The position numbers and the translations under genes are program-made. Below, piece by piece: positions 38,842 to 46,949 of a DNA stretch of 64,000 nucleotides. Source of the DNA: Dehalococcoidia bacterium (lineage in GTDB: Bacteria; Chloroflexota; Dehalococcoidia; GIF9; UBA5629); NCBI GenBank assembly GCA_050011565.1, contig JBEKIW010000001.1, positions 128,001 to 192,000 of the forward strand, read 5' to 3'. How positions within the stretch are numbered: position 1 is the stretch's first letter; each line of letters begins with the position of its first letter. The notes under the pieces were generated by a model. The model saw nothing but the letters and a program-made list of their open reading frames with translations, had not been told where the DNA came from and searched no databases.

Positions 38842-39285
38842 TTACCCCTCCACCATCGCGTGGAGTGAAATTATGAGAATAATGACCCAACAAGTCACGG
38901 ATAAAGTACCGATATTACGCATGGTAGCGTAAGTCTTGCCAAACTCAGGCGTTCCGATCTGCCGGAAATAGCGCGGGAAGTAGCGAAAGTGGATGAATAG
39001 GGCATCCACAAGGAGCACGGCAGTCAATAGGTGCTTCACTCCAAATAGCACGGTGTACCAGAATTCAAAATTAAGAGTTAATATGATACCGCTAACAACT
39101 AGAAGGATATAGCCACACCAGGTTACCGGCGAAATGCGACGGGCAATCCGCCCGCAGTGAAGACGCTGCTCATCCGTCTTTAAGCGCAACATGATTATGG
39201 CTGCGGCAATTGCCCCGCCGAAACCAAGAACGGTGCCAACAATATGCAGGATATTTGCAATAGGTAGAATACCTGAAATGTCCAT
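38842..39285 (-). CDS. Hypothetical 4-TM membrane protein
   Basis: Four hydrophobic segments, His in TM1 (ILHIVG), SG and KH motifs reminiscent of CopD/DUF2269-type proteins. Confidence 0.7.
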   Translation of the reverse strand: MDISGILPIANILHIVGTVLGFGGAIAAAIIMLRLKTDEQRLHCGRIARRISPVTWCGYILLVVSGIILTLNFEFWYTVLFGVKHLLTAVLLVDALFIHFRYFPRYFRQIGTPEFGKTYATMRNIGTLSVTCWVIILIISLHAMVEG

Positions 39286-39401
39286 TAGGATACATGATAG
39301 ATGGTGGATTGAGGAGTGTCAAACTACACATGACAGCTTCCCTGGAGTTGAGTAGTCCTTTAAAAAGGATAATAGTATAATGGTTTTAAGAGCTCACTTA
39401 A

Positions 39402-40700
39402 ATGGCAAATTCAACGGTAGTGAAATTTTCCATAATAACGTTATCAGCGATAATGGGCCTGGTTGTGTTGGCCTGCGCACCCGGGACAGGAAACACATCG
39501 CCACCGGCTGCAACGCCTAATCCGCCGGCTACAACGGCGCCATATCCGGGAACCACGACGGAGGAACTGCCGCCCGTACCTGCGGAGTATCAGCCGCTCT
39601 ACTCAGAACTCAGCGCGGAGCTGGCACACTTTGAAGGCGTCCTTAATCAGAGATGGAATCATAGCCAGGGCCAGACAATCATGGCCACCGAGCTGGCTTT
39701 TGCCAACGGCAATATCGGTGAGGGGATTCTAAACTCAAACTCGTTGGAAAATAACCGTTTATTGCTCGACCGGCTTCAGGCTATGGGTGTCAAGGGCGTA
39801 GTGGTAGCTATCAAATACCCGCTGCTCAAGCCCGATTTTCCCCGTTCATCCGAATACCTACAATTCTATAAGGATATCGTAGCCGAGTGCCACCGGCGCG
39901 GAATAACTGTTCTTGTGGAATGCGGGGCCATCTTTGCCGGTACGCCATACTCGCCGGTCCAGGTTGACTGGTTCAGGTATACTACGGCGACGTTTCTGCA
40001 GGACCTGCAGGACCAGCTGGTGCTAATCGCCATTGAAATTAGGCCTGATTATCTGACGCTAGCCAACGAACCACAGACCGAAGAGTCGTTGACCGGGCTG
40101 ATAATAACGCCCACGGTGTGGAGAGATTTCATCGCCTCGACGATGGGAAAAATCGATCGCTCCGGCGGCTTGCTGCTCGGTGCCGGAACCGGTACCTGGG
40201 AGAATCCCGCCTATATAAATGCCATCATTGGTATGCATGGCCTCGATTACATCGACCTGCACATTTACCCGCCGAACAAAGACGGTACTCTGGTGGAGCG
40301 CGCTTTGGACTATGCTTTGCAAGCCCGCGCTGCCGGACAACGGGTAACCGTCAGTGAATCGTGGTTGTGGAAGGCATCGGCTCAGGAGCTTGGCAATGGT
40401 CTTGGTGACCCGGAGAAAGTAATGAACCGGGACGTCTACAGTTTCTGGTATCCCGTGGATGCTCGTTTTATTCAGGATATTATGGACCTGGCCGACGCCA
40501 CCACTATGGATTTTGTCTCTTTCTTTTGGACAAGGAACTTCTTCGCTTATCTCGACTATAGTAAAACGCTGCATTTTCTCAGCACGGCGCAGTACAATCG
40601 CCTGATAAATCAGGCTTTCATTAGCAACGTCCAGAATGACACTTTGAGTTCTCTGGGCAGGTATTTACAACAGAAACTTACCAGCCGTACTGAACCATAA
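39402..40700 (+). CDS. Lipoprotein with Pro/Thr linker and clan GH-A-like TIM-barrel glycoside hydrolase domain
   Basis: VLAC lipobox, PT-rich linker, ANEP acid/base motif, DLHIYP, VSES nucleophile-like motif. Confidence 0.7.
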   Translation: MANSTVVKFSIITLSAIMGLVVLACAPGTGNTSPPAATPNPPATTAPYPGTTTEELPPVPAEYQPLYSELSAELAHFEGVLNQRWNHSQGQTIMATELAFANGNIGEGILNSNSLENNRLLLDRLQAMGVKGVVVAIKYPLLKPDFPRSSEYLQFYKDIVAECHRRGITVLVECGAIFAGTPYSPVQVDWFRYTTATFLQDLQDQLVLIAIEIRPDYLTLANEPQTEESLTGLIITPTVWRDFIASTMGKIDRSGGLLLGAGTGTWENPAYINAIIGMHGLDYIDLHIYPPNKDGTLVERALDYALQARAAGQRVTVSESWLWKASAQELGNGLGDPEKVMNRDVYSFWYPVDARFIQDIMDLADATTMDFVSFFWTRNFFAYLDYSKTLHFLSTAQYNRLINQAFISNVQNDTLSSLGRYLQQKLTSRTEP

Positions 40701-40726
40701 TCGGTGAGTCACCTAGCCAGTATGAC

Positions 40727-41557
40727 CTATGCCAGTTTGATATCGGAGCTGGTTTTGGCTTCTTTGAGGAATTGCAGCAATATACTGCTGCGCAGGTCGT
40801 TGCGGCTCTCCAGCGGGGCTACGAACTTACCTTTAATCCAGATGTGCTGCGGTTCGACGAAGACCAGCACGCGGGGGCCGCTCATGGCTTCGTCCAGGAA
40901 CCGGGGGTAGCTGTTCTTGAAGACCTGGCCGGCCTGCTTTACATAAACCTCATCCTGGCTCTTGAGTATGCTCTCGAGAAGCTGGCTCGCCTTCTCTACG
41001 TTGCTGTCGGTGGTTATGGGGATGCGTACCTCGTCGAACATGTAGTCAGAGGAAATGGGCTCGAGGCCTGTCGAGTAGTCCTTGGAGTAGTTCAATACCG
41101 GCTGGTCCACTATTATGAGGTTGGGCACGAACAGCAGTCTGCCGGTCAGCTCGCCGCCCAGCTTCTCGTCCTCCCCCACCTCTTCGAGTGTGGTGTGAAG
41201 CAGTCCTATATGTCGCACATCGCCTTTGGTGTTGCCGATGCGAATTCTATCTCCAATGTCGTATATTTTGGAGAAGGTGATGACAAAGAAGGAGAAGAAG
41301 CTGGCTGTGTACTTCTGCAGAGCCACGGCCAGTGCAAGGGCGATAACAGGCACATATATGGCTACCTGAGGCACATATATTGCCGCCAGTATGGTAATGG
41401 CTACAAATACCAGAACTGCAACACATGTCATGACCGTTATGAGCAGCTTTGTGCTGCGTCGCTGTGCCTCGGCTTTAAGCACCATGGTTCTTGCATAGCG
41501 CCGACCTTCATCGCCTGAAAGACGTTCGTTTTTCATTGCTTTACCGACTGTAATCAA
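40727..41557 (-). CDS. Mechanosensitive ion channel MscS family protein (start may be ATG 41536)
   Basis: Y.IGDRIRIG...GDV..IGL..T, GR...VPN...V.NYS pattern. Confidence 0.85.
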   Translation of the reverse strand: MITVGKAMKNERLSGDEGRRYARTMVLKAEAQRRSTKLLITVMTCVAVLVFVAITILAAIYVPQVAIYVPVIALALAVALQKYTASFFSFFVITFSKIYDIGDRIRIGNTKGDVRHIGLLHTTLEEVGEDEKLGGELTGRLLFVPNLIIVDQPVLNYSKDYSTGLEPISSDYMFDEVRIPITTDSNVEKASQLLESILKSQDEVYVKQAGQVFKNSYPRFLDEAMSGPRVLVFVEPQHIWIKGKFVAPLESRNDLRSSILLQFLKEAKTSSDIKLA

Positions 41558-41590
41558 TGTCGTCTCCTGTTTTAAATTTAAATTCTAGAA

Positions 41591-41649
41591 TGTATTGATA
41601 GGGCTTTAGCCCTGTCCGGGGAGGGCAGACCCGAAGGTCTGTGCCTACA
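41591..41649. repeat. GTAG-type REP-like element
   Basis: GGCTTTAGCC...CAGACCCGAAGGTCTG...CCTACA; related copy at 51994-52046. Confidence 0.7.
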
Positions 41650-41663
41650 GTTTCGATATAATA

Positions 41664-41692
41664 GAGGTGGGAGGGTTTTGCCCTCCCACCTC
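41664..41692. terminator. Perfect 12-bp GC-rich hairpin, possible terminator/attenuator
   Basis: GAGGTGGGAGGG-TTTTG-CCCTCCCACCTC. Confidence 0.65.
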
Positions 41693-41722
41693 GTTAATTA
41701 ACGCAGTGAATTTGATATAGAA

Positions 41723-41750
41723 ATTATACGCTTTTTGGGCTATTTGTCAA
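41723..41750 (-). promoter_or_regulatory. Consensus sigma70 promoter pointing at mscS
   Basis: Minus strand TTGACA-16 nt-TATAAT. Confidence 0.7.
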
Positions 41751-41761
41751 GGCATAGCAAG

Positions 41762-41808
41762 TTAAAAGTCAAAGACCAAAAGCCAAAAGTACAGGTAAAA
41801 AGTCAAAT
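41762..41808. repeat. A-rich heptamer-like tandem repeat (CAAAAGT/CAAAAGC)
   Basis: Inverted relative of 35201-35240. Confidence 0.7.
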
Positions 41809-41856
41809 ATACCTCAGATGTTAATTGTTGCTATTGATCATTCCCGAAATCTGAAC

Positions 41857-41922
41857 AAATCCCTCTCAATCTCCCTTTAGGAAAGGGAGAGGTTCATTCT
41901 TCGACAGGCTCAGGATGAGCGG
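41857..41922. repeat. Composite palindromic repeat (AATCCCTCTCAATCTCCC + TTCGACAGGCTCAGGATGAGCGG)
   Basis: Near-identical inverted copy at 62743-62810. Confidence 0.88.
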
Positions 41923-41924
41923 CC

Positions 41925-43034
41925 TTAAAGAGACTGGGCAAGGTGGAGATAAAGCTGGGCGGCCTGTACCACCTGCTGGAAGGAGACCGATTCTTCCGGC
42001 GTGTGGGCAGCTTCGAGCCGACCGGGGCCGACAACGATGGGGTCGACTCCGGCAGCCCAGAGCGCGCTGCCATCGGAATGGCTCCTGAAGTCCTGAGGCT
42101 CCCAGGGGAGGGACATCTTTTTATACGTTTCCTTTAATTTGGTTATCAACGGCCTCTCCTCGGAAATCCGATATCCGGCGTAGGTCTCTTCGAATTTGAG
42201 GCGGGCATTCAGACCGTTTATGTTGTCACCGGCTGACTTTATTAATTGTTCCAGCTCCGTCTTGAGCACGTCTATTCTGGCGTTGGGTGGCAGGTGAAGG
42301 TCGAGCCAGGCCTCGCAGGCATCGGGCACGACAAAGCCACCGGGGAAGCCCGAAAGCTCTCTGATGTTGTAAACCAGACCGTGTGGCGCTGCCACGGCAT
42401 ACTCCGTGATATGTAATAGAAGCTTCAACATTGACAAAATAGCATTGTGCCCCAACTCGGGCATGGAGGAGTGAGCTCTTTTACCCTCAGTGCGCAGCAT
42501 GACTTCTAGATAGCCGTAATGGCCGAGGCAGGGTACTAGGCTGGTAGGTTCGCCAATTACCGCCCAGGGGAAGCCATAGTCCTGAATCAGGGCTTTGGCG
42601 CCGCTGCTGTCCTCCTCTTCGCCAACCACTAGAGCCAGACCAACTGAAGGCAGAGCCTTTTTGCTGCCAGCTAGGTTAATAAAGGCTTCAATCATGGCGG
42701 CACAGCCGGCCTTCATATCCGTGGTACCCAGTCCGGATATAGTGTCGCCTTCCTCGCTGGGGCCGAAGTCCTCGAGGTCGTGGGCGGTAACGGTATCGAG
42801 ATGTCCCACAAAGCAGAGTTCGACTTCATCTTTCCCTGGCGGGAAAACTATCAGGTTGAAGCGGTTCTCATCGACTTCCTGCCTGCGTACCGCCAGATCG
42901 TGTTTCTTAAGGTATTTCTCGGTAAACTCGACGATTTCCTCTTCTTTGCCGGATGGACTGTATATGTCAACTAGGTCTTTGAGGAGGTTTTTCAGCCTTT
43001 TCGGTTTTATATTCATTGGCTTGTCATGATTCAT
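41925..43034 (-). CDS. M20/ArgE-DapE family metallo-deacylase
   Basis: GHLDTV, GTTDMKAG, GEE, IGEPT, AHSS, AHTPEE. Confidence 0.9.
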   Translation of the reverse strand: MNHDKPMNIKPKRLKNLLKDLVDIYSPSGKEEEIVEFTEKYLKKHDLAVRRQEVDENRFNLIVFPPGKDEVELCFVGHLDTVTAHDLEDFGPSEEGDTISGLGTTDMKAGCAAMIEAFINLAGSKKALPSVGLALVVGEEEDSSGAKALIQDYGFPWAVIGEPTSLVPCLGHYGYLEVMLRTEGKRAHSSMPELGHNAILSMLKLLLHITEYAVAAPHGLVYNIRELSGFPGGFVVPDACEAWLDLHLPPNARIDVLKTELEQLIKSAGDNINGLNARLKFEETYAGYRISEERPLITKLKETYKKMSLPWEPQDFRSHSDGSALWAAGVDPIVVGPGRLEAAHTPEESVSFQQVVQAAQLYLHLAQSL

Positions 43035-43561
43035 GAGGTTTTTGAGGAATTCTCAGCCCCGGCGTTTGGTCGGCGGATGGTTTTGACCAGCCAGACGTGC
43101 TGGCTGCTATCGGTGAAGCCAATGGACTTAAAGAAGGAAATGGCCGGCTCATTCTCGGCATCGGTATCGGCCATGATCATCCTGACACCGTTTCTTTTTA
43201 GCCTTTGTTCCAGCTTCCGATACAGGCGGATGCCCAGATTAGTTCTCTGGAAAGCTTCATCCACACCTATCCAGCTCAGATATCCGTATTTCTTCCAGGC
43301 GGTGCCTTCCTTCTCGATGGTGGTACCTATTACGAAGCCGATAATCTTTCCATCCGGTTCGGTCTCGGCAACCAGGCAGTAATCGGGGTCGGAAGTGAAA
43401 TAATCTGTTACCTCAAATTGGTCCCAGGTGCGATAGAGTGTGGGGAATTCCTCGCTGGTGAAAAGCTCCTCTCCCAGGTGATAGACGGCGCTGATATCGT
43501 CTATTTCCATCTGGCGGATGTTGGTTTTGACTCTCCTTTTTCTAGGCTTCTCCGATGGCAT
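43031..43561 (-). CDS. GNAT family N-acetyltransferase
   Basis: YLSWIGV...FQR..LG acetyl-CoA loop, N..AI.FF...GF. Confidence 0.88.
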   Translation of the reverse strand: MPSEKPRKRRVKTNIRQMEIDDISAVYHLGEELFTSEEFPTLYRTWDQFEVTDYFTSDPDYCLVAETEPDGKIIGFVIGTTIEKEGTAWKKYGYLSWIGVDEAFQRTNLGIRLYRKLEQRLKRNGVRMIMADTDAENEPAISFFKSIGFTDSSQHVWLVKTIRRPNAGAENSSKTS

Positions 43562-43656
43562 TTATTCCTCCATGATTATTTTAAGATGATTGAGGTTTGA
43601 CGTGATGCTTTGGACTGGCTCCTTATTATATTGCAGCCAAAGCGGCAAGTCCATCC

Positions 43657-43726
43657 AAATGAAATCCCAAATCCCAATTTCTAAATCCTAAACAAATTCA
43701 AATATCCAATTACCAATGACCAAAAT
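43657..43726. repeat. AAATCCC/AATNNCC heptamer-like tandem repeat
   Basis: Period-7 run AAATCCC AAATCCC AATTTCT AAATCCT...AATTACC AATGACC; shorter copy at 45039-45064. Confidence 0.75.
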
Positions 43727-43732
43727 AGAGTC

Positions 43733-43812
43733 TGTCATTGCGAGGCACAAGGTGCCGTGGCAATCTAGGTGGGGTTGTGGGCAGAGATTGCTTCGCTTCG
43801 CTCGCAATGACA
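43733..43812. repeat. REP-like palindrome TGTCATTGCGAG...CTCGCAATGACA
   Basis: Perfect 12-bp inverted ends and inner GCAATCT/AGATTGC arms. Confidence 0.88.
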
Positions 43813-43823
43813 AGTGGTATATG

Positions 43824-45026
43824 TTAAACCGGGTTTATTCTGCCGCAGTGGGGGCACTTGATTTCAGACAATTTGTAGCTGGGCGGCAACCGCAGCTTCG
43901 TGCCGCAGGCGCAGGTGATGGTTCTATACTTGTTAGCGTTCCACAGCGCGTTGGTGGTCTCCCGGACCCGCTGCACCTCTTCAAGCTTTTCGGTTGTCTC
44001 TGGCTGCGCGGCTCGAAGAGAGACAGTTCCGGCAGACGCTACCGCAGCTGCGGGTATAAATGCTTTGTCGGTATGGAGGACCTGTTGATAAGCTGTGGAA
44101 TAGTCTTCATAGGAGGCGCCGGACATGGCGCGGAGTATGCGGATACGTTCGGATATGGGTGGGTGGGTGCTGGTCAAGTCATCGGCGGACATACCCTTTT
44201 TGCGGAACGGGTTGATAATGTACATCGGTGCTGTGGCTTTATTTGCTGATTTTAGCTCGTCGGTGGAGGCGGCTAATTTTTCCAGCGCTGATGCCAGACC
44301 CTCCGGGTATCTGGTGTACAAAGCTGAGGAGGCGTCAGCCAGATATTCTCTCCTTCTGGAAAGTGCGAGGTAAATCAGTTGAGCGAAAATAGGTGCCAGT
44401 ATCATGAGAATAATAGCTACGGCGAGAATGATAATCTGACCCCCGCTGCCTCCCGAAGAAGAGCTTCTTCTGGTCCTGCCCATGCCGCCGAAAATCAGGA
44501 ATCGCGAGGCGTACCAGGCCAGCACCACGATGGTTCCGAGGAGGACAGCGCACATAGCCATCAGTAGCACGTCACGATTCCTAACGTGCGCCATTTCATG
44601 CCCGACAACTCCCTGCAGTTCATCTCGATTGAGTTTCTGCAACAGTCCGGAGGTGACGGTCACGGTAGCCTTTTTAGTATTTCGTCCGGTGGCGAAGGCG
44701 TTAAGTGCCGGGTCGTCCATTATATATATGTCGGGCATTTTATCCAGCCCCGAGGCGATTTTCATTTCTTCAACTACGTTGTAAAGACGGGGGAGGTCGT
44801 CAGGAGCGATTTTTTTGGCTCGTGATACGGCGAGCAGAATGTTGTCTCCCTGGAAATATCCAACCAGGCTCATAATGCCCCATATTATCAGTGCCATGAA
44901 CAGGCCGAACATGCCGCTATCGAAGAAGTAAAGACCCAGGAAATAGCCGAGCAGGGCGAGCAATACGCCCATCCCTATGACCAGAATTATGGACCTGGTT
45001 TGGTTAGACCGAATCTGTTGCCACAT
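43824..45026 (-). CDS. htpX: HtpX-like M48 zinc metalloprotease with C-terminal zinc ribbon (start likely ATG 45026)
   Basis: NAFATG, HEMAH, SRRREYLAD, STHPP, C-terminal CxC...CPHC. Confidence 0.88.
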   Translation of the reverse strand: MWQQIRSNQTRSIILVIGMGVLLALLGYFLGLYFFDSGMFGLFMALIIWGIMSLVGYFQGDNILLAVSRAKKIAPDDLPRLYNVVEEMKIASGLDKMPDIYIMDDPALNAFATGRNTKKATVTVTSGLLQKLNRDELQGVVGHEMAHVRNRDVLLMAMCAVLLGTIVVLAWYASRFLIFGGMGRTRRSSSSGGSGGQIIILAVAIILMILAPIFAQLIYLALSRRREYLADASSALYTRYPEGLASALEKLAASTDELKSANKATAPMYIINPFRKKGMSADDLTSTHPPISERIRILRAMSGASYEDYSTAYQQVLHTDKAFIPAAAVASAGTVSLRAAQPETTEKLEEVQRVRETTNALWNANKYRTITCACGTKLRLPPSYKLSEIKCPHCGRINPV

Positions 45027-45106
45027 ATAGATAAGCACGAAATCCCAAATAGCAAATCCCAAACATTATTGTTCTGGACGTGAACTCAGGATTTCCTTTT
45101 AATTGA

Positions 45107-45673
45107 CTAAGTTAAACTGACTTTGGGTACTTCTTTCTCTTCGGGTACGGTGACCTCAAAGAATTCGCCCGGCTTAAAGCCAGCCATACCGGCAATGATG
45201 TTTGACGGAAACATCTGCGTCTGATTGTTGTAGGTTAACACCGAATCGTTGTAAAACTGGCGGGAGAAGCTGATTTTGTTTTCAGTTGAGGCCAGCTCCT
45301 CCTGGAGAGACAAGAAGTTCTGGCTGGCCTTGAGGTCGGGGTACCTTTCAGCCACCGCCAGAAGGCGGGTCAGAGCTGTACCCAGCTCACCCTCTGCCTT
45401 GGCGCGCTCACCCGGGCCGGCGGACGTTGCCTGCTGGGCGATGGTGCGGGCCTTGGTTATGGCTTCCAATGTTTCCCGCTCGTATTTCATGTAGCCTTTG
45501 ACCATTTCAATCAGGTTCGGTATGAGGTCATGTCGCCTTTTTAGCTGGACGTCTATCTGTGCCCAGGCGTTCTTCACCTGGTTGCGCAGCCGAACCAGGC
45601 CGTTGTAGGTGGCGACGAAGGCGATAAGAAGAATGACTACGATGCCGATTATTACCCAGATTAATATCGTCAT
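45107..45673 (-). CDS. lemA: LemA family protein
   Basis: YN.LV, W.QIDVQLKRR.DLIPNL, E.YPDLKA, ENKI...RQFYN. Confidence 0.95.
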   Translation of the reverse strand: MTILIWVIIGIVVILLIAFVATYNGLVRLRNQVKNAWAQIDVQLKRRHDLIPNLIEMVKGYMKYERETLEAITKARTIAQQATSAGPGERAKAEGELGTALTRLLAVAERYPDLKASQNFLSLQEELASTENKISFSRQFYNDSVLTYNNQTQMFPSNIIAGMAGFKPGEFFEVTVPEEKEVPKVSLT

Positions 45674-45707
45674 AAAATTCCTCCTTTACATTTTATCCTG
45701 TTTTATC

Positions 45708-46127
45708 TCAGGCCGTGGCTTTGAATACTTCTCCTAAGAAATTTATTACCTTGTGCTGAGCTTCTTGTCCGGCTGGTTTTTTCTTAGCCAGCTCTTTTAC
45801 CAGCTGAGCTACCTCTCCACCATCGAACCACAGGCCGTCTTTGTGTGTGCAAACATCTATCAGTATTTCCGGATGTTCGCCTATGGTGGTTTTCTTCATT
45901 TTCCGCCGGCAAATGGGACATTTTCTTTTCTTTTCCGATGTGCTTGCTTCCGCGGAAGCTAAGATGTGGCTTAGCAGCAGGTCGTGGGTATCTAAATTCA
46001 TTGACTTCAGCAAAAGCTCGAGTTCGTCAGAGTCGAACCACAGTCCGTGACAGTTAAGACAATAGTCGAGCTCAACGTTGCTATACTCAACAACTATCAT
46101 GTCTTTATTGCAGGCGGGACAAATCAT
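45708..46127 (-). CDS. zf-TFIIB-type tandem zinc-finger protein
   Basis: Two CPxC...D.C...GLWFD..E repeats. Confidence 0.85.
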   Translation of the reverse strand: MICPACNKDMIVVEYSNVELDYCLNCHGLWFDSDELELLLKSMNLDTHDLLLSHILASAEASTSEKKRKCPICRRKMKKTTIGEHPEILIDVCTHKDGLWFDGGEVAQLVKELAKKKPAGQEAQHKVINFLGEVFKATA

Positions 46128-46250
46128 GGTCGTTATACCTCACAAAAGATAAGTTTAGAATCCTTATGGAACTGTGTCAAGTCAGCTTGGTGTGGCTATT
46201 CGCAGTTGTTATATCCGGTATGGTAATATTTAATTGGAGCGGAGGATGAT

Positions 46251-46940
46251 ATGGCACACGGATATGAGATTAACGAATTAGTTAAAGAAGATTCCTGGCG
46301 AATGTTCCGGATAATCGGAGAACTGGTGGAAGGGTTTGACAGCCTTTCCGGTCTGGAGCCGGCCATAACCATATACGGCTCAGCGCGGCTGAAGGCTGAC
46401 GAGAAACTTTATGCTCAAACAGAAGAAATAGCCCGGCGGCTTGGAGAACTGGGCTTTAACATCATAACCGGCGGCGGGCCCGGTGTCATGGAAGCTGCCA
46501 ACAAAGGTGCACTTGAAGCCGGCGTTGCTTCGATAGGGCTCAACATAGAACTGCCGGAGGAGCAGGCGCTTAATCCTTATACAACGCGCTCCATAATATT
46601 TCATCATTTCTTTGTTCGCAAGGTCATGCTGGTGAAATATGCCACCGCCTACATTATGATGCCCGGCGGTCTGGGAACACTCGATGAGTTGACCGAAGTG
46701 CTGACGCTAATGCAGACCCACAAAATAAAACCTTTCCCGGTGGTCTTGTTCGATAGTAAATACTGGAAAGGGTTTCTGGACTGGCTGCACAGTCAAACAT
46801 TAGCCAGAGCCTTTGTCTCCGAACAGGACTTCGACCTGCTCAGGATTTGCGACACGCCCGATGAAGTTATCCAAACGGTTCAGCAATGGTATATAAAGCG
46901 CGAAATTGTAGGTAGAAGGGCTGTAGTCAAACAATCTTAG
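46251..46940 (+). CDS. LOG family (TIGR00730) nucleotide phosphoribohydrolase
   Basis: YGSAR, TGGGPGVMEAAN, RK, PGGLGTLDE. Confidence 0.93.
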   Translation: MAHGYEINELVKEDSWRMFRIIGELVEGFDSLSGLEPAITIYGSARLKADEKLYAQTEEIARRLGELGFNIITGGGPGVMEAANKGALEAGVASIGLNIELPEEQALNPYTTRSIIFHHFFVRKVMLVKYATAYIMMPGGLGTLDELTEVLTLMQTHKIKPFPVVLFDSKYWKGFLDWLHSQTLARAFVSEQDFDLLRICDTPDEVIQTVQQWYIKREIVGRRAVVKQS

Positions 46941-46949
46941 TCCGAGCGC

